From Flavobacteriales bacterium (GTDB lineage Bacteria > Bacteroidota > Bacteroidia > Flavobacteriales_F > PHOS-HE28), in the NCBI GenBank assembly GCA_016700415.1, contig CP065018.1, positions 3,244,420 through 3,308,419 on the forward strand: 64,000 nucleotides of DNA. The letters are read 5' to 3'. Positions 54,196-63,212 of the stretch are shown here, in pieces. How positions within the stretch are numbered: position 1 is the first letter of the stretch; each line of letters begins with the position of its first letter. A program made the translations under genes and the position numbers. The notes under the pieces are model-generated. The model did no database searches. It saw only the letters and a program-made list of their open reading frames with translations, and had not been told where the DNA came from.

Positions 54196-54270
54196 ATTCC
54201 TGATTCCTGATTCCTGATTCCTGATTCCGACAAGCCTCTGCGTCGGCGGACGGAATCAGGAATCAGGAAT
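54196..54270. repeat. Inverted ATTCCTG heptamer arrays (probable bidirectional hairpin)
   Basis: (ATTCCTG)x4 ATTCCG at 54196-54229 and CGGAAT(CAGGAAT)x2 at 54251-54270 form a 20-bp perfect stem between convergent genes. Confidence 0.8.
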
Positions 54271-54335
54271 TTGCGGATCAGAAAAATCCCATGCCCCGGT
54301 TCAGGGTCTCGGACTGTTTGTAAGCCAAAATTGAA

Positions 54336-55487
54336 TTAGCTGTCCATCGCAAATGGCCGCACGGACAAGGTGCGGGCCTGAACGGCACCTCGGCTGCGCT
54401 CCACCAATCCGAGTTCCTCCAACTGGGCCAGGTCCCGTTGCAAGGTCTTGGCGTTCAAGCGGGCGTAGGTCAACGCTAGTTCCGGGGAAAGTTGCGTGAC
54501 GGTGGCTGTGGGCACCTTTCCGCGCTGGTCCTGTAGGCTGCGCGCCAAAGCTTGAAGGCGCTCCCCGTTCACTGTGGCGGCGGGGTCCACCATGGTCCGA
54601 AGTTCCTCCTGTGCCATGATGCGGTATTGAGCCTCGGAGACCTCGTTCAACAGCGCTTTCGCACCGTCCGCGAAGCCCCGGACCATATAAGCGATGAAGG
54701 GGACCACGTCGCCGTTGGGCACTGCGGCCTGTGCCACCTGCCGGGCGTACTCGCTGCGGGTAGCGGCGGCGTGGACGGTCATGCGGTGGGCGGCGGGGGC
54801 GGGGATGCCCGCGTTCAAAAGCAATTGGAACTCCACGAGCCGGGCCGTCCGGCCATTGCCCTCAGCGAAGGGGCGGGTCCAAAGCAGGTAGAGGTGGGTG
54901 AGCACGGCCCGGACGATCGCGAAGGCCATGCGCTCTTCCTCATGCTCCGGCTGGAACAAATCGCTTTCTCCCCAAGCGTTCAGCCGCTCCATCATCGGTC
55001 CGATGTCCTCTGGCAGGACGTTGCCCTCCGTGTTACGGTCACGCACCGATCGGTAATCCCCGGCTGCGGCACCGGTGGCGGATGGGATCTCCTTCAGCAC
55101 TTGGGCGTTGAGCACCTGGATGGCCCATGGACCGGTATCCCGGTCGCCGGCCTTGGCCCGTGCCTCGGTCCATTGGACAGCCTTCACCAAGTTCCGCATT
55201 TCGCGCTCGAGGAAGACCTGCGAAGGCGGCAGATGCAGGCTGCCCTCCAGCAGGCGGTCCACTTGGTCTTCGCTCAAGCTGTTGCCGGCCAAAGAAGCGT
55301 TCGCCACGATGCCTTGGAGCATGGCCACGTAGCTGGTCAAGCTCCCTTCTTGAGGCGGGAGTGCGGCTTCGCGGAGCTGTTGGCAGGCCGCCGTGGCCTC
55401 CCCGAGCAAGAGCCAGACCGGATAGGGAACGTTACGCGGGTCCCAACGGAAGCTCAACCAGGGATGTGTCTGCTCATAAGTCCGCAT
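54336..55487 (-). CDS. Fic-domain protein with degenerate active site and C-terminal wHTH
   Basis: LWTRPFAEGNGRTAR instead of HPFxDGNGRxxR, and KTLQRDLAQLEELGLV wHTH. Confidence 0.85.
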   Translation of the reverse strand: MRTYEQTHPWLSFRWDPRNVPYPVWLLLGEATAACQQLREAALPPQEGSLTSYVAMLQGIVANASLAGNSLSEDQVDRLLEGSLHLPPSQVFLEREMRNLVKAVQWTEARAKAGDRDTGPWAIQVLNAQVLKEIPSATGAAAGDYRSVRDRNTEGNVLPEDIGPMMERLNAWGESDLFQPEHEEERMAFAIVRAVLTHLYLLWTRPFAEGNGRTARLVEFQLLLNAGIPAPAAHRMTVHAAATRSEYARQVAQAAVPNGDVVPFIAYMVRGFADGAKALLNEVSEAQYRIMAQEELRTMVDPAATVNGERLQALARSLQDQRGKVPTATVTQLSPELALTYARLNAKTLQRDLAQLEELGLVERSRGAVQARTLSVRPFAMDS

Positions 55488-55658
55488 GAATGTCCAAAGA
55501 TGGACTCATTGCATAGCGTTGATAAACGGGATGATACTGATGTTTTGAACAAGTATATGTCCGTGAAGATGTCCCTAATTCAGTCCACATCAATATCTAC
55601 GCATAAAATCGCGGGATCTGAGCGCCTGAAAGCGACAAATATGCGTTGGGTCACCGGT

Positions 55659-56303
55659 TCAGGCGGCCCAGATGATCACCATGATGCTGAAGAACATCGC
55701 TGCCCCTCCCAAGATCATGGCAGCTAGGGCAAAACCCTTTCCACGGTCTTCGCGGTCGCGGCATTGGCGGGCTGAGATCAGCCCCAGGACGAAGGCGACC
55801 ACGCCGCCGGCGAGCAGGATGAAAATGCTTTGTGAGGCAATGCCCACCACCACGGTTGCGATAGCGATTGGGAGGGAAGCGATGGCCTTGGCGTTCCAAC
55901 GGTGCTTCTCCGGGGTATAGTAGGAGGTGGTGTCCTGCACGGATACGGAAGGACGATCCATGGTGCGGAACATCGCATTGGTTTCCATAGCTGAGATGCC
56001 CGGTCCGGATAGCGCATCGGTCGAACTCTGGAGTGGGCCGCCGGATGGGGCTGCGGTGGGGACTGCAGCGGACAGCGGCCCTTCGTTGCCCGATCCAGTT
56101 CCCCGTTCCGTGAAATGTTCGTTCACAAGAGCTTCTTCTTCTGGAAGGACGGATGCCGATGTCCCCGCCCGGTCGCGGAGATGTTCTTTCGGCACGGGGC
56201 CTTGCTTCCGAAGCCAGGCATATTGTTGCGCCTGCCGGGGTCCCGCACAGCCCACGGACAGACCAAGGAGGAGGGTCAGAAGAAGATCAGTCCGGCGTTG
56301 CAC
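55659..56303 (-). CDS. Lipoprotein with C-terminal DUF4190-like TM pair
   Basis: GTG start, LLLGLSVGC lipobox, tail GKGFALAAMILG. Confidence 0.65.
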   Translation of the reverse strand: MQRRTDLLLTLLLGLSVGCAGPRQAQQYAWLRKQGPVPKEHLRDRAGTSASVLPEEEALVNEHFTERGTGSGNEGPLSAAVPTAAPSGGPLQSSTDALSGPGISAMETNAMFRTMDRPSVSVQDTTSYYTPEKHRWNAKAIASLPIAIATVVVGIASQSIFILLAGGVVAFVLGLISARQCRDREDRGKGFALAAMILGGAAMFFSIMVIIWAA

Positions 56304-56489
56304 GGCGAAATCTACCCGGAAGAGGCGAGCGCCCGAAGGCGGGTAACGCAGGTCTTCAACCGCGGGCCATGGACAACCGCACCGAGGGTAGAGTAGACCT
56401 CCAATACGAGCTGCCGGGACTTTTCGCCGGAAAGCCGTCCCCATGGCCGAACTTTGGCCCCGGCGACCGCTGTGTAGGCGGGCGGCCCA

Positions 56490-57239
56490 ATGATGAACAT
56501 GCGCTTGCGTGCCTCACTTTTCCTTCTTCTGGCCCTGCTCGGCCTGCGTAATGCCCATGCTCAGCTTGGCGTCACCACCTTCGGCTTACAAGTGAAACCG
56601 GTGATCCCTTTCAGCTTTTTCGAGCCGGTGAGCAACTTGCAGCTGGAGCACCTCAATTCCACCCTCACGCTCACGGGTGGTTTTGCGTTCGGGATGACGG
56701 TGCGAACGGGGATCACCAAGGCCATCTCATTTGAGGTCGGCATCGACCAGATCACCCGGCGGTACGACTTTGCCATCGCCAACGACACCAATGGCTACTC
56801 AGACTCCGGCAAACTCCGCTTCGTGGGCTATGAAGTGCCCGTTACTCTGCTGGTATACATCCGGTTGGGGGAGCGCACGTGGATGAACAACGCCTTGGGC
56901 GCCAGCGTGGACTTTTATCCCGGGGACGCGAAGAAGGAGTTGGAGTATGCGCAGGCCTACTATTTCCGCCGGAACTGGGCCCAAGTGGGCGTGGTGGGGA
57001 ATATCGGCGTGGAGTACCGCACGGAGAAGTCCGGCTATTTCTACCTCGGTGCCACCTTCCACCGTCCGTTCGGCGAAATGGCCAAGGCCGATGTGACCTG
57101 GTTGGACCGCTATACGGGCTTGACGCCGTACCGCATGAGCACCTTCCTCAGCGGCAGCTACCTCACGGTGGACCTGCGCTATTATTTCCACGAGGACCCG
57201 GACAAGGTCAAAGTGCGCAAGAGCCGGCGGCGCCGATGA
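56490..57239 (+). CDS. Outer-membrane beta-barrel protein (PorT-like)
   Basis: Signal peptide, amphipathic strands, LRFVGYEVPV, terminal LTVDLRYYF. Confidence 0.75.
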   Translation: MMNMRLRASLFLLLALLGLRNAHAQLGVTTFGLQVKPVIPFSFFEPVSNLQLEHLNSTLTLTGGFAFGMTVRTGITKAISFEVGIDQITRRYDFAIANDTNGYSDSGKLRFVGYEVPVTLLVYIRLGERTWMNNALGASVDFYPGDAKKELEYAQAYYFRRNWAQVGVVGNIGVEYRTEKSGYFYLGATFHRPFGEMAKADVTWLDRYTGLTPYRMSTFLSGSYLTVDLRYYFHEDPDKVKVRKSRRRR

Positions 57240-57254
57240 CGTGGGCGCGGTTTG

Positions 57255-57326
57255 GGAGGTGCAGGAATTTATGGAGGTGAGGGAGGCGAGGGAGGTCAGG
57301 GAGGTAATGGATGTGAAGGAGGTGAA
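57255..57326 (+). repeat. Eight tandem 9-nt units, consensus GGAGGTGAG
   Basis: ggaggtgca ggaatttat ggaggtgag ggaggcgag ggaggtcag ggaggtaat ggatgtgaa ggaggtgaa. Confidence 0.8.
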
Positions 57327-57395
57327 AGGGCGGACCATGTTGGACAGGTTCAAAGTCCTTAGCCAACTTTGCACGCTTCAACGAACGAAGGGATC

Positions 57396-57788
57396 ATGAA
57401 CGAGCGGACATTGGCCTGGGCATCGGGCATCTTATTGCTGGCCGTGGCCTTGGGCGCTTTCGGCGCGCACGGCATACAGGACCACGTGGATGCACAGGCC
57501 TACCACAACTGGACCACGGCGGCCCAATACCAGTTCTACCACGGCTTGGCCCTGCTTGGCTTAGCGGCGCTGGAAGGGCGGCTGGCCTCACGTCTGGTGA
57601 GCTTCGTGCGTATCATCTTTCTGGTGGGCATCCTTTGCTTCTGCGGTTCGCTTTATCTTTTGGCGGCGCGGGATATCCTTGGTATCCAAGGGCTTGTCAA
57701 GGTGCTGGGGCCGATCACCCCGCTGGGCGGACTGATGTTCATGGTAGGCTGGGGAGCGCTCCTGATAGGTTCTTTCCGGAAACCTTGA
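57396..57788 (+). CDS. DUF423 (YgdD/TMEM256) membrane protein
   Basis: ALGAFGAHG, AAQYQFYHGLAL, FCGSLY, GPITPLGG. Confidence 0.92.
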   Translation: MNERTLAWASGILLLAVALGAFGAHGIQDHVDAQAYHNWTTAAQYQFYHGLALLGLAALEGRLASRLVSFVRIIFLVGILCFCGSLYLLAARDILGIQGLVKVLGPITPLGGLMFMVGWGALLIGSFRKP

Positions 57789-57824
57789 ACTGATGCCGGT
57801 CACCCCCCTAATAAGGCCGTGAAG

Positions 57825-57832
57825 TACATTTG
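57825..57832 (+). promoter_or_regulatory. Bacteroidota -7 promoter element for pckA
   Basis: TACATTTG 26 nt upstream of the ATG. Confidence 0.55.
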
Positions 57833-57858
57833 CACCTCCTAAATCGAACACTACGAAG

Positions 57859-59475
57859 ATGAACGAGTTCGGAACGAAACCGAAGAACGCCGACCTGTCC
57901 AAGATCGGTCTGAAGAACTTGGGTGACACCTATTGGAACCTGGAACCGGCCGAGCTGGTCGAGCACACCATCGTGAACGGCCAGGGCGTGCTGGTGGACA
58001 GCGGTGCCTTGGCGGTGGATACCGGTGAATTCACCGGGCGCAGCCCCAAGGACAAGTTCTGCGTGAAGGACGGCACCACGGAAAACACCGTGTGGTGGGG
58101 CGAGGTCAACATCCCCATGGAGCCTGCCACCTTCGAGCGGCTGCGCGAGCGGATGGCCGCATACATGATGGGACGCGACTCATATGTTCAGGACGCTTAT
58201 GTCTGCGCCGATCCCGCCTTCCGCCTGAACCTACGCTTGGTGGCGGAGCTGCCTTGGAACGCCCTTTTCGGGAACAATATGTTCATGCGCCCCACGCGCG
58301 AGGAGCTGGCGGACTTCATGCCCGAATGGAACATCATCTGCGCTCCGGGCTTTCTGGCCGACCCGAAGGTTGACGGTACGCGCCAGCACAACTTCGCGGC
58401 GGTGGACTTCACCCGCAAGATGATCCTGATCGGTGGCACCGCCTATACCGGCGAGATCAAGAAGGGCATCTTCAGCGTGCTGAACTTCATCCTGCCCCAG
58501 GACCGGGACGTGCTGAGCATGCACTGCTCGGCCAACATCGGCAAGGACGGCGACACGGCGGTGTTCTTCGGCCTCAGCGGGACCGGCAAGACGACCTTGA
58601 GCGCCGACCCGCAGCGCCGGCTCATCGGCGACGACGAGCACGGCTGGGGCAAGAACGGCGTGTTCAACTTCGAGGGCGGATGCTACGCGAAATGCATCGA
58701 CCTATCCCAGGAGAAGGAACCCGAGATCTGGGACGCCGTGCGTTTCGGTGCCTTGCTGGAGAACGTCGGCTTCGAGGAAGGCAGCCAGACCAAAGTTGAT
58801 TTCAGCGACAAGAGCAAGACCGAGAACACCCGGGTGAGCTATCCGTTGGAGCACATCGAGAACCATGCAGTACCCAGCATGGGAGGCCATGCGAAGAACA
58901 TTTTCTTCCTCACCTGCGATGCGTACGGCGTACTGCCTCCCATCAGCAAGTTGACCCCGGGACAGGCGATGTACTGGTTCCTTAGCGGCTACACCGCGAA
59001 GGTGGCAGGTACCGAGGCCGGGATCACCGAGCCGAAGACCGTGTTCAGCGCCTGCTTCGGTGCGCCCTTCCTGCCGTTGCACCCCACCAAGTACGCCGAC
59101 ATGCTGGGCGAGCGGATGAAGGAACATGATGTACACGTCTGGTTGGTGAACACCGGCTGGAGCGGCGGCGCGTACGGCACCGGCGAGCGCATGAAGCTTC
59201 GCCATACCCGTGCGATGATCACTGCAGCCCTGCGCGGGGAACTGGAGAAGGTGGAGTATGCCAAACATCCGGTCTTCGGGGTGAACATGCCGAAGAGCTG
59301 CCCCGAAGTGCCGGCCGAGATCCTCGACCCGCGCAACACTTGGAAGGACAAGTCCGGATACGATACGCAAGCGGACCAACTGGCGGAGGCCTTCCAGAAG
59401 AATTTCGACAAATACAGGAAGAACGCCAGCGACGAGATCATTGCCGCCGAGCCCAAGTCCCGTGTGAAGGCCTGA
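57859..59475 (+). CDS. pckA: Phosphoenolpyruvate carboxykinase (ATP)
   Basis: TGRSPKDKF, YTGEIKKG, SMHCSAN, FFGLSGTGKTTLSAD, LIGDDEHGW, NFEGGCYAK, ENTRVSYP. Confidence 0.97.
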   Translation: MNEFGTKPKNADLSKIGLKNLGDTYWNLEPAELVEHTIVNGQGVLVDSGALAVDTGEFTGRSPKDKFCVKDGTTENTVWWGEVNIPMEPATFERLRERMAAYMMGRDSYVQDAYVCADPAFRLNLRLVAELPWNALFGNNMFMRPTREELADFMPEWNIICAPGFLADPKVDGTRQHNFAAVDFTRKMILIGGTAYTGEIKKGIFSVLNFILPQDRDVLSMHCSANIGKDGDTAVFFGLSGTGKTTLSADPQRRLIGDDEHGWGKNGVFNFEGGCYAKCIDLSQEKEPEIWDAVRFGALLENVGFEEGSQTKVDFSDKSKTENTRVSYPLEHIENHAVPSMGGHAKNIFFLTCDAYGVLPPISKLTPGQAMYWFLSGYTAKVAGTEAGITEPKTVFSACFGAPFLPLHPTKYADMLGERMKEHDVHVWLVNTGWSGGAYGTGERMKLRHTRAMITAALRGELEKVEYAKHPVFGVNMPKSCPEVPAEILDPRNTWKDKSGYDTQADQLAEAFQKNFDKYRKNASDEIIAAEPKSRVKA

Positions 59476-59495
59476 TCTTTCCCGGCCCGACTTTT

Positions 59496-59533
59496 GAATG
59501 CCCGTTCCTACCGGTCCGGGCATTCTTAGTTTT
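59496..59533 (+). terminator. Intrinsic terminator after pckA
   Basis: gaatgcccg / cgggcattc stem followed by ttagtttt. Confidence 0.65.
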
Positions 59534-59556
59534 ACCGACCAGCGAACCAGTGAAGG

Positions 59557-61014
59557 ATGATCAAGTGGAGGTTATTGACGACGGTGGGGGCGCTCATTGC
59601 CTTTCTGGGGCTTACGGCCCAGGACGATCCGCAGGCGAAGGTGAATTACCCCGAAGACCTGCGGGAGGATTTTTCGATCATCCGCCAGACGTTCGAGCAA
59701 GCGCACCCGGACCCCTACAGATACCTCAGTAAGGCGGAGTTGGACCGGTTGTTCGATGCTGTCGCGGCCTCGTTCACCGGCCCGTTGACGGGAGAGGGCT
59801 ATATCGCGGCCACGCTGCCGGTGTTTACGGCCGTCGGTGATGCGGGCACCCTGCTTGCCCCTCCGGCCCCGCTGGCCGAGGCCTACGAGCACACCGTGCC
59901 GCTGATCCCGTTCACCGTGGCGGTGATCGGTGGCCGCCTTTACTTGGATGAAGAACTGAAAGGCTTCCGCAGCCTGCCATCGGGCTGTGAGCTGCTGCGG
60001 ATCAATGGTCTTTCGGCCACCGATCTGTTAGCGAAGATGAGGAGCGCACAGGTGGCTGAAGGAGCCGACACCACCTTGCTGGACCGGAGCATTGAGCGGG
60101 ATTTCCCCGTGCTGTACCGGCGCTATGTGGAACCTGCGGAGAAGTTCGACATCACCTTCAGGGCCGGTGACGGTACCACAGGGGAGAAGGAACTTTTCGG
60201 GCTCACCAAGGATGAGATGCGGCAGACACACACGCCCAAAGGTTATGACCTGCAGCCGTGGCGCATGGAGGAGCTTCCAGGCATCCGGGCCGCATGGCTC
60301 ACCTTGGGCACCATGGACAAGAGCGAGTTGGAGCGCCAACGGATCACCCCGGAACGCTTCCTGAACAATGCGATGGAAGCATTGCGCAAAGAGGATGTGT
60401 CCACGTTGGTGGTCGATGTGCGGGGGGCCGGCGGCAACGACCTGGGTCTCGCCGAGCAGGTGTTCGCCATGATCGCGCAGGCCCCTTACAGGGTGGTCAA
60501 GTCCATATCCATTCGCAGCGGCCGGGTCCCGGACTCGTATCGATATGCCGCGCCGGCCCCGGATTTTTTCGCGTCCGTAGGGGCCATGTACCTGCCAGAG
60601 CTCAAGGGCAGGAGGGAGTTGAAGCCGGACGATCCGCGGTTGATGCTTGTTCAACCTGTGTCCAATGCTTTCCAAGGCAAAGTGTACGTGGTCTGCGACG
60701 GGCTCACCACCGGGGCCGGTGCTGCTTTTGTCATGCTGGCCAACCGCAGTGGCCGGGCACGCACCGTCGGGGAAGAGACCGGGTCCAACGCATCGAGCTT
60801 TTGTAGCGGTGAGGTCCTTGAAGTCACGCTACCACGCAGCGGTTGCATCCTGCATGTGCCTTTGAAACGCTATGTTCCGGAAGGCACACCGGATGGGCCG
60901 ATGGACAGGGGGGAGATGCCCAAGTATAAAGTGCCGCAACGTCCTGAGGACCTGCCCCAGGGAACGGATTCCGTGCGTGAGGCGCTGGTCCATCTGATCA
61001 CCGAGATGCAATGA
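59557..61014 (+). CDS. S41 (tail-specific protease)-like secreted protein lacking the nucleophilic Ser
   Basis: HPDPYRY, LVVDVRGAGG, KVYVVCDGLTTGAGAAF, RTVGEETG. Confidence 0.75.
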   Translation: MIKWRLLTTVGALIAFLGLTAQDDPQAKVNYPEDLREDFSIIRQTFEQAHPDPYRYLSKAELDRLFDAVAASFTGPLTGEGYIAATLPVFTAVGDAGTLLAPPAPLAEAYEHTVPLIPFTVAVIGGRLYLDEELKGFRSLPSGCELLRINGLSATDLLAKMRSAQVAEGADTTLLDRSIERDFPVLYRRYVEPAEKFDITFRAGDGTTGEKELFGLTKDEMRQTHTPKGYDLQPWRMEELPGIRAAWLTLGTMDKSELERQRITPERFLNNAMEALRKEDVSTLVVDVRGAGGNDLGLAEQVFAMIAQAPYRVVKSISIRSGRVPDSYRYAAPAPDFFASVGAMYLPELKGRRELKPDDPRLMLVQPVSNAFQGKVYVVCDGLTTGAGAAFVMLANRSGRARTVGEETGSNASSFCSGEVLEVTLPRSGCILHVPLKRYVPEGTPDGPMDRGEMPKYKVPQRPEDLPQGTDSVREALVHLITEMQ

Positions 61015-62141
61015 GGCCTTGTGCCGCCGGTGTGTTCTTCATCCCGGTCATCTTCATCTTATTTCTCACGTCGGGTTGCGGTCAGGTAGAGAAGCCTTCC
61101 GGATCGGAAGGTTGGAGGCAGGAACCGATGCACCATGCCCGGTTCTTCCAGATCTGGGAGCGCGGAAGCGACCGCATGCTGCTCACCTTCGGTCCCGGGG
61201 GAAACACGGACACCACCGGAGTTTTCGTGCAGGCAGGAGACTCGTTGGGACCGCGATCTCCGTCAGGCGCTGTGTCCTTCAGGAAACCCTTGCAACGAGT
61301 GGCTTTGCAAAGCACCACGCATGCTTCCTTCATCACCATGCTGGGCTGTGCCGATGCGGTGGTGGGTTGTGCCCACACCGGGCAATTGCTCGATGAAGCG
61401 CTGGTGGAAAAGGTCCGCGCGGGCGAGGTGAAGGAGATCGCCTCCGCGGACGGTGTGGACCGCGAGCGGATCTTGATGCTCGCACCGGACGCGCTCTTCA
61501 CCTATCCCTACGGTTCCGGCGATAAGTCACTGTCGAACGGTGCCGTGCCTGAGGTGCCCGTAGCGGAATACCTCGAAGAGCATCCGCTGGGCCGTGCGGA
61601 ATGGTTGAAGGCGTTCGGCGTTCTGCTCGGTCGTGAAGCATTGTCGGACAGCTTGTTCGCGGGCATCGAGGAGCGGTATGAGAAGGCCAGGGCTTCCGTT
61701 CCGGCGAAGGAGGCGAAGCCTTTGGTGTTCTTCGGGAGTGCATGGAAGGGCACTTGGTCCGTCCCGTCCGGCAACAGCTATATGGCCCGCTTGATCGGTG
61801 ATGCGGGAGGGCGGTATCTTTTTGCGGACCGGAACGCCACGGGCAATATCGATATAGATCTGGAGACCGTGCTGCAGGAGGGAGCGAAAGCGGACCGGTG
61901 GGGCCGGATCCTGGTCCAGGACGGCCCGGTGACCGCAGCGGACCTCGCTGGCGATGATGCACGCATCCTTCAGCTTCGCGTATTCAAGGAGCACGGTTGC
62001 TTCTATGCCAACAGCGCCCAGAGCGATCTTTTCGGCCAAGCGGTGCTCGAGCCGGACGTGGTGCTGAGGGACCTCGTCCGCATCTTCCACCCGGAGCTGG
62101 AAAAGAAGCCGGAGCCCGTGTACTACAAGCCGGTTCAGTAG
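61011..62141 (+). CDS. Cobalamin/iron-complex ABC transporter substrate-binding lipoprotein (BtuF-like)
   Basis: Lipobox LTSGC, EYLEEHPLGRAEWLK, DAGGRY, PDVVLRDLVRIFHPE. Confidence 0.85.
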   Translation: MRPCAAGVFFIPVIFILFLTSGCGQVEKPSGSEGWRQEPMHHARFFQIWERGSDRMLLTFGPGGNTDTTGVFVQAGDSLGPRSPSGAVSFRKPLQRVALQSTTHASFITMLGCADAVVGCAHTGQLLDEALVEKVRAGEVKEIASADGVDRERILMLAPDALFTYPYGSGDKSLSNGAVPEVPVAEYLEEHPLGRAEWLKAFGVLLGREALSDSLFAGIEERYEKARASVPAKEAKPLVFFGSAWKGTWSVPSGNSYMARLIGDAGGRYLFADRNATGNIDIDLETVLQEGAKADRWGRILVQDGPVTAADLAGDDARILQLRVFKEHGCFYANSAQSDLFGQAVLEPDVVLRDLVRIFHPELEKKPEPVYYKPVQ

Positions 62142-62605
62142 CGGACCTGCACCTTTTTCAGCAGCTTGGCCAAGAGCCAGGCGGGGCCGATCAACAAGAA
62201 CTGCAGGTCTTTCAGGAAGCTCGGCTTCTTGCCTTCAATGTGGTGCCCGATGAACTGGGCTATCCATGCAACGACGAACACCACGATGCAAATGGCCCAT
62301 AGCGGCCACGGCGCATGCCCTTCCAACCATTGTGAAGCACCCAAGCACAGCGACGCGAACACCGCCATGCCGACGAACAGAAAAAGGGAATGGCGGATGT
62401 AGAAGATGTAGAGGGCCAGCAGGGCCAAGTTCACCACGGGGATCGGCCCCAAGTAAGGGACCGGGATGCTGGGGATACTGGTGAGCAGGCCCACCACGGA
62501 AAAGAAGATGAGGGGTACTGCGGTCCAGTGGATAGCGACGTTCACCGGGTCGCGGTGGCTTTCGCCGTATTCATCGAACCACTGTTGGATGGGGCGAGCC
62601 GCCAT
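62135..62605 (-). CDS. DUF962/Mpo1-like membrane protein
   Basis: YGESHRDPVNVAIH...P, QFIGHHIEGKKPSF...FLLIGP. Confidence 0.9.
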   Translation of the reverse strand: MAARPIQQWFDEYGESHRDPVNVAIHWTAVPLIFFSVVGLLTSIPSIPVPYLGPIPVVNLALLALYIFYIRHSLFLFVGMAVFASLCLGASQWLEGHAPWPLWAICIVVFVVAWIAQFIGHHIEGKKPSFLKDLQFLLIGPAWLLAKLLKKVQVRY

Positions 62606-62617
62606 GAGTCTTTGTTT

Positions 62618-63139
62618 TCAGGAAAGATAGCGTTCGCGAACAATGCGCAGGTGGTGCTCGGAATGGCCGGCGATGATCCAGCCTAGCGCGGGGACGGTGA
62701 CGTGCTTCCCGTTCGCGGTGCCGCTGCGGCCGAGCGCCTCGGCGTCGAAGCTTTCGAACAGCTCCACGGTGGACCGTCGTACGGCTTCCAGTTCACGCAT
62801 GATGTCCTCGATGTCCCTACGTCCGGTGCGCGCTTCTGCCTGGTACGCGTCCTCGTCCATCCCCGGCAGGTCGGCATGTTCGTTCCGCGCGATGCACAGG
62901 GCGCGGTAGGCGAACACTCGCTCCGTATCGATGATGTGTTGGAAGACCTCCTTGGTCGTCCATTTGCCCGGTGCATAGCGGTATTCCCAACGGTCGCCGT
63001 GCACCAATTCCCGGGTTTTTAGTTCCTGTTCGGTGGCGTGGCTGAGCGCCGAAGCGAGGTCCTCGCCTTGGGCAGCAAGCAAATACGCACCGTGATAAGC
63101 CGGAAAATCACCGGGTCGAGGTCTTTCTATCCTGTTCAT
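62618..63139 (-). CDS. DinB family protein
   Basis: YRYAPGKWTTKEVFQHIIDTERVFAYRAL, IAGHSEHH. Confidence 0.9.
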   Translation of the reverse strand: MNRIERPRPGDFPAYHGAYLLAAQGEDLASALSHATEQELKTRELVHGDRWEYRYAPGKWTTKEVFQHIIDTERVFAYRALCIARNEHADLPGMDEDAYQAEARTGRRDIEDIMRELEAVRRSTVELFESFDAEALGRSGTANGKHVTVPALGWIIAGHSEHHLRIVRERYLS

Positions 63140-63212
63140 GCTGTGAAGGTATGCGTCGGCTCATTGCGAAAATGCTCACTCGTTGTTGGCCTCCGCCGCG
63201 GTCCCACAGTGG

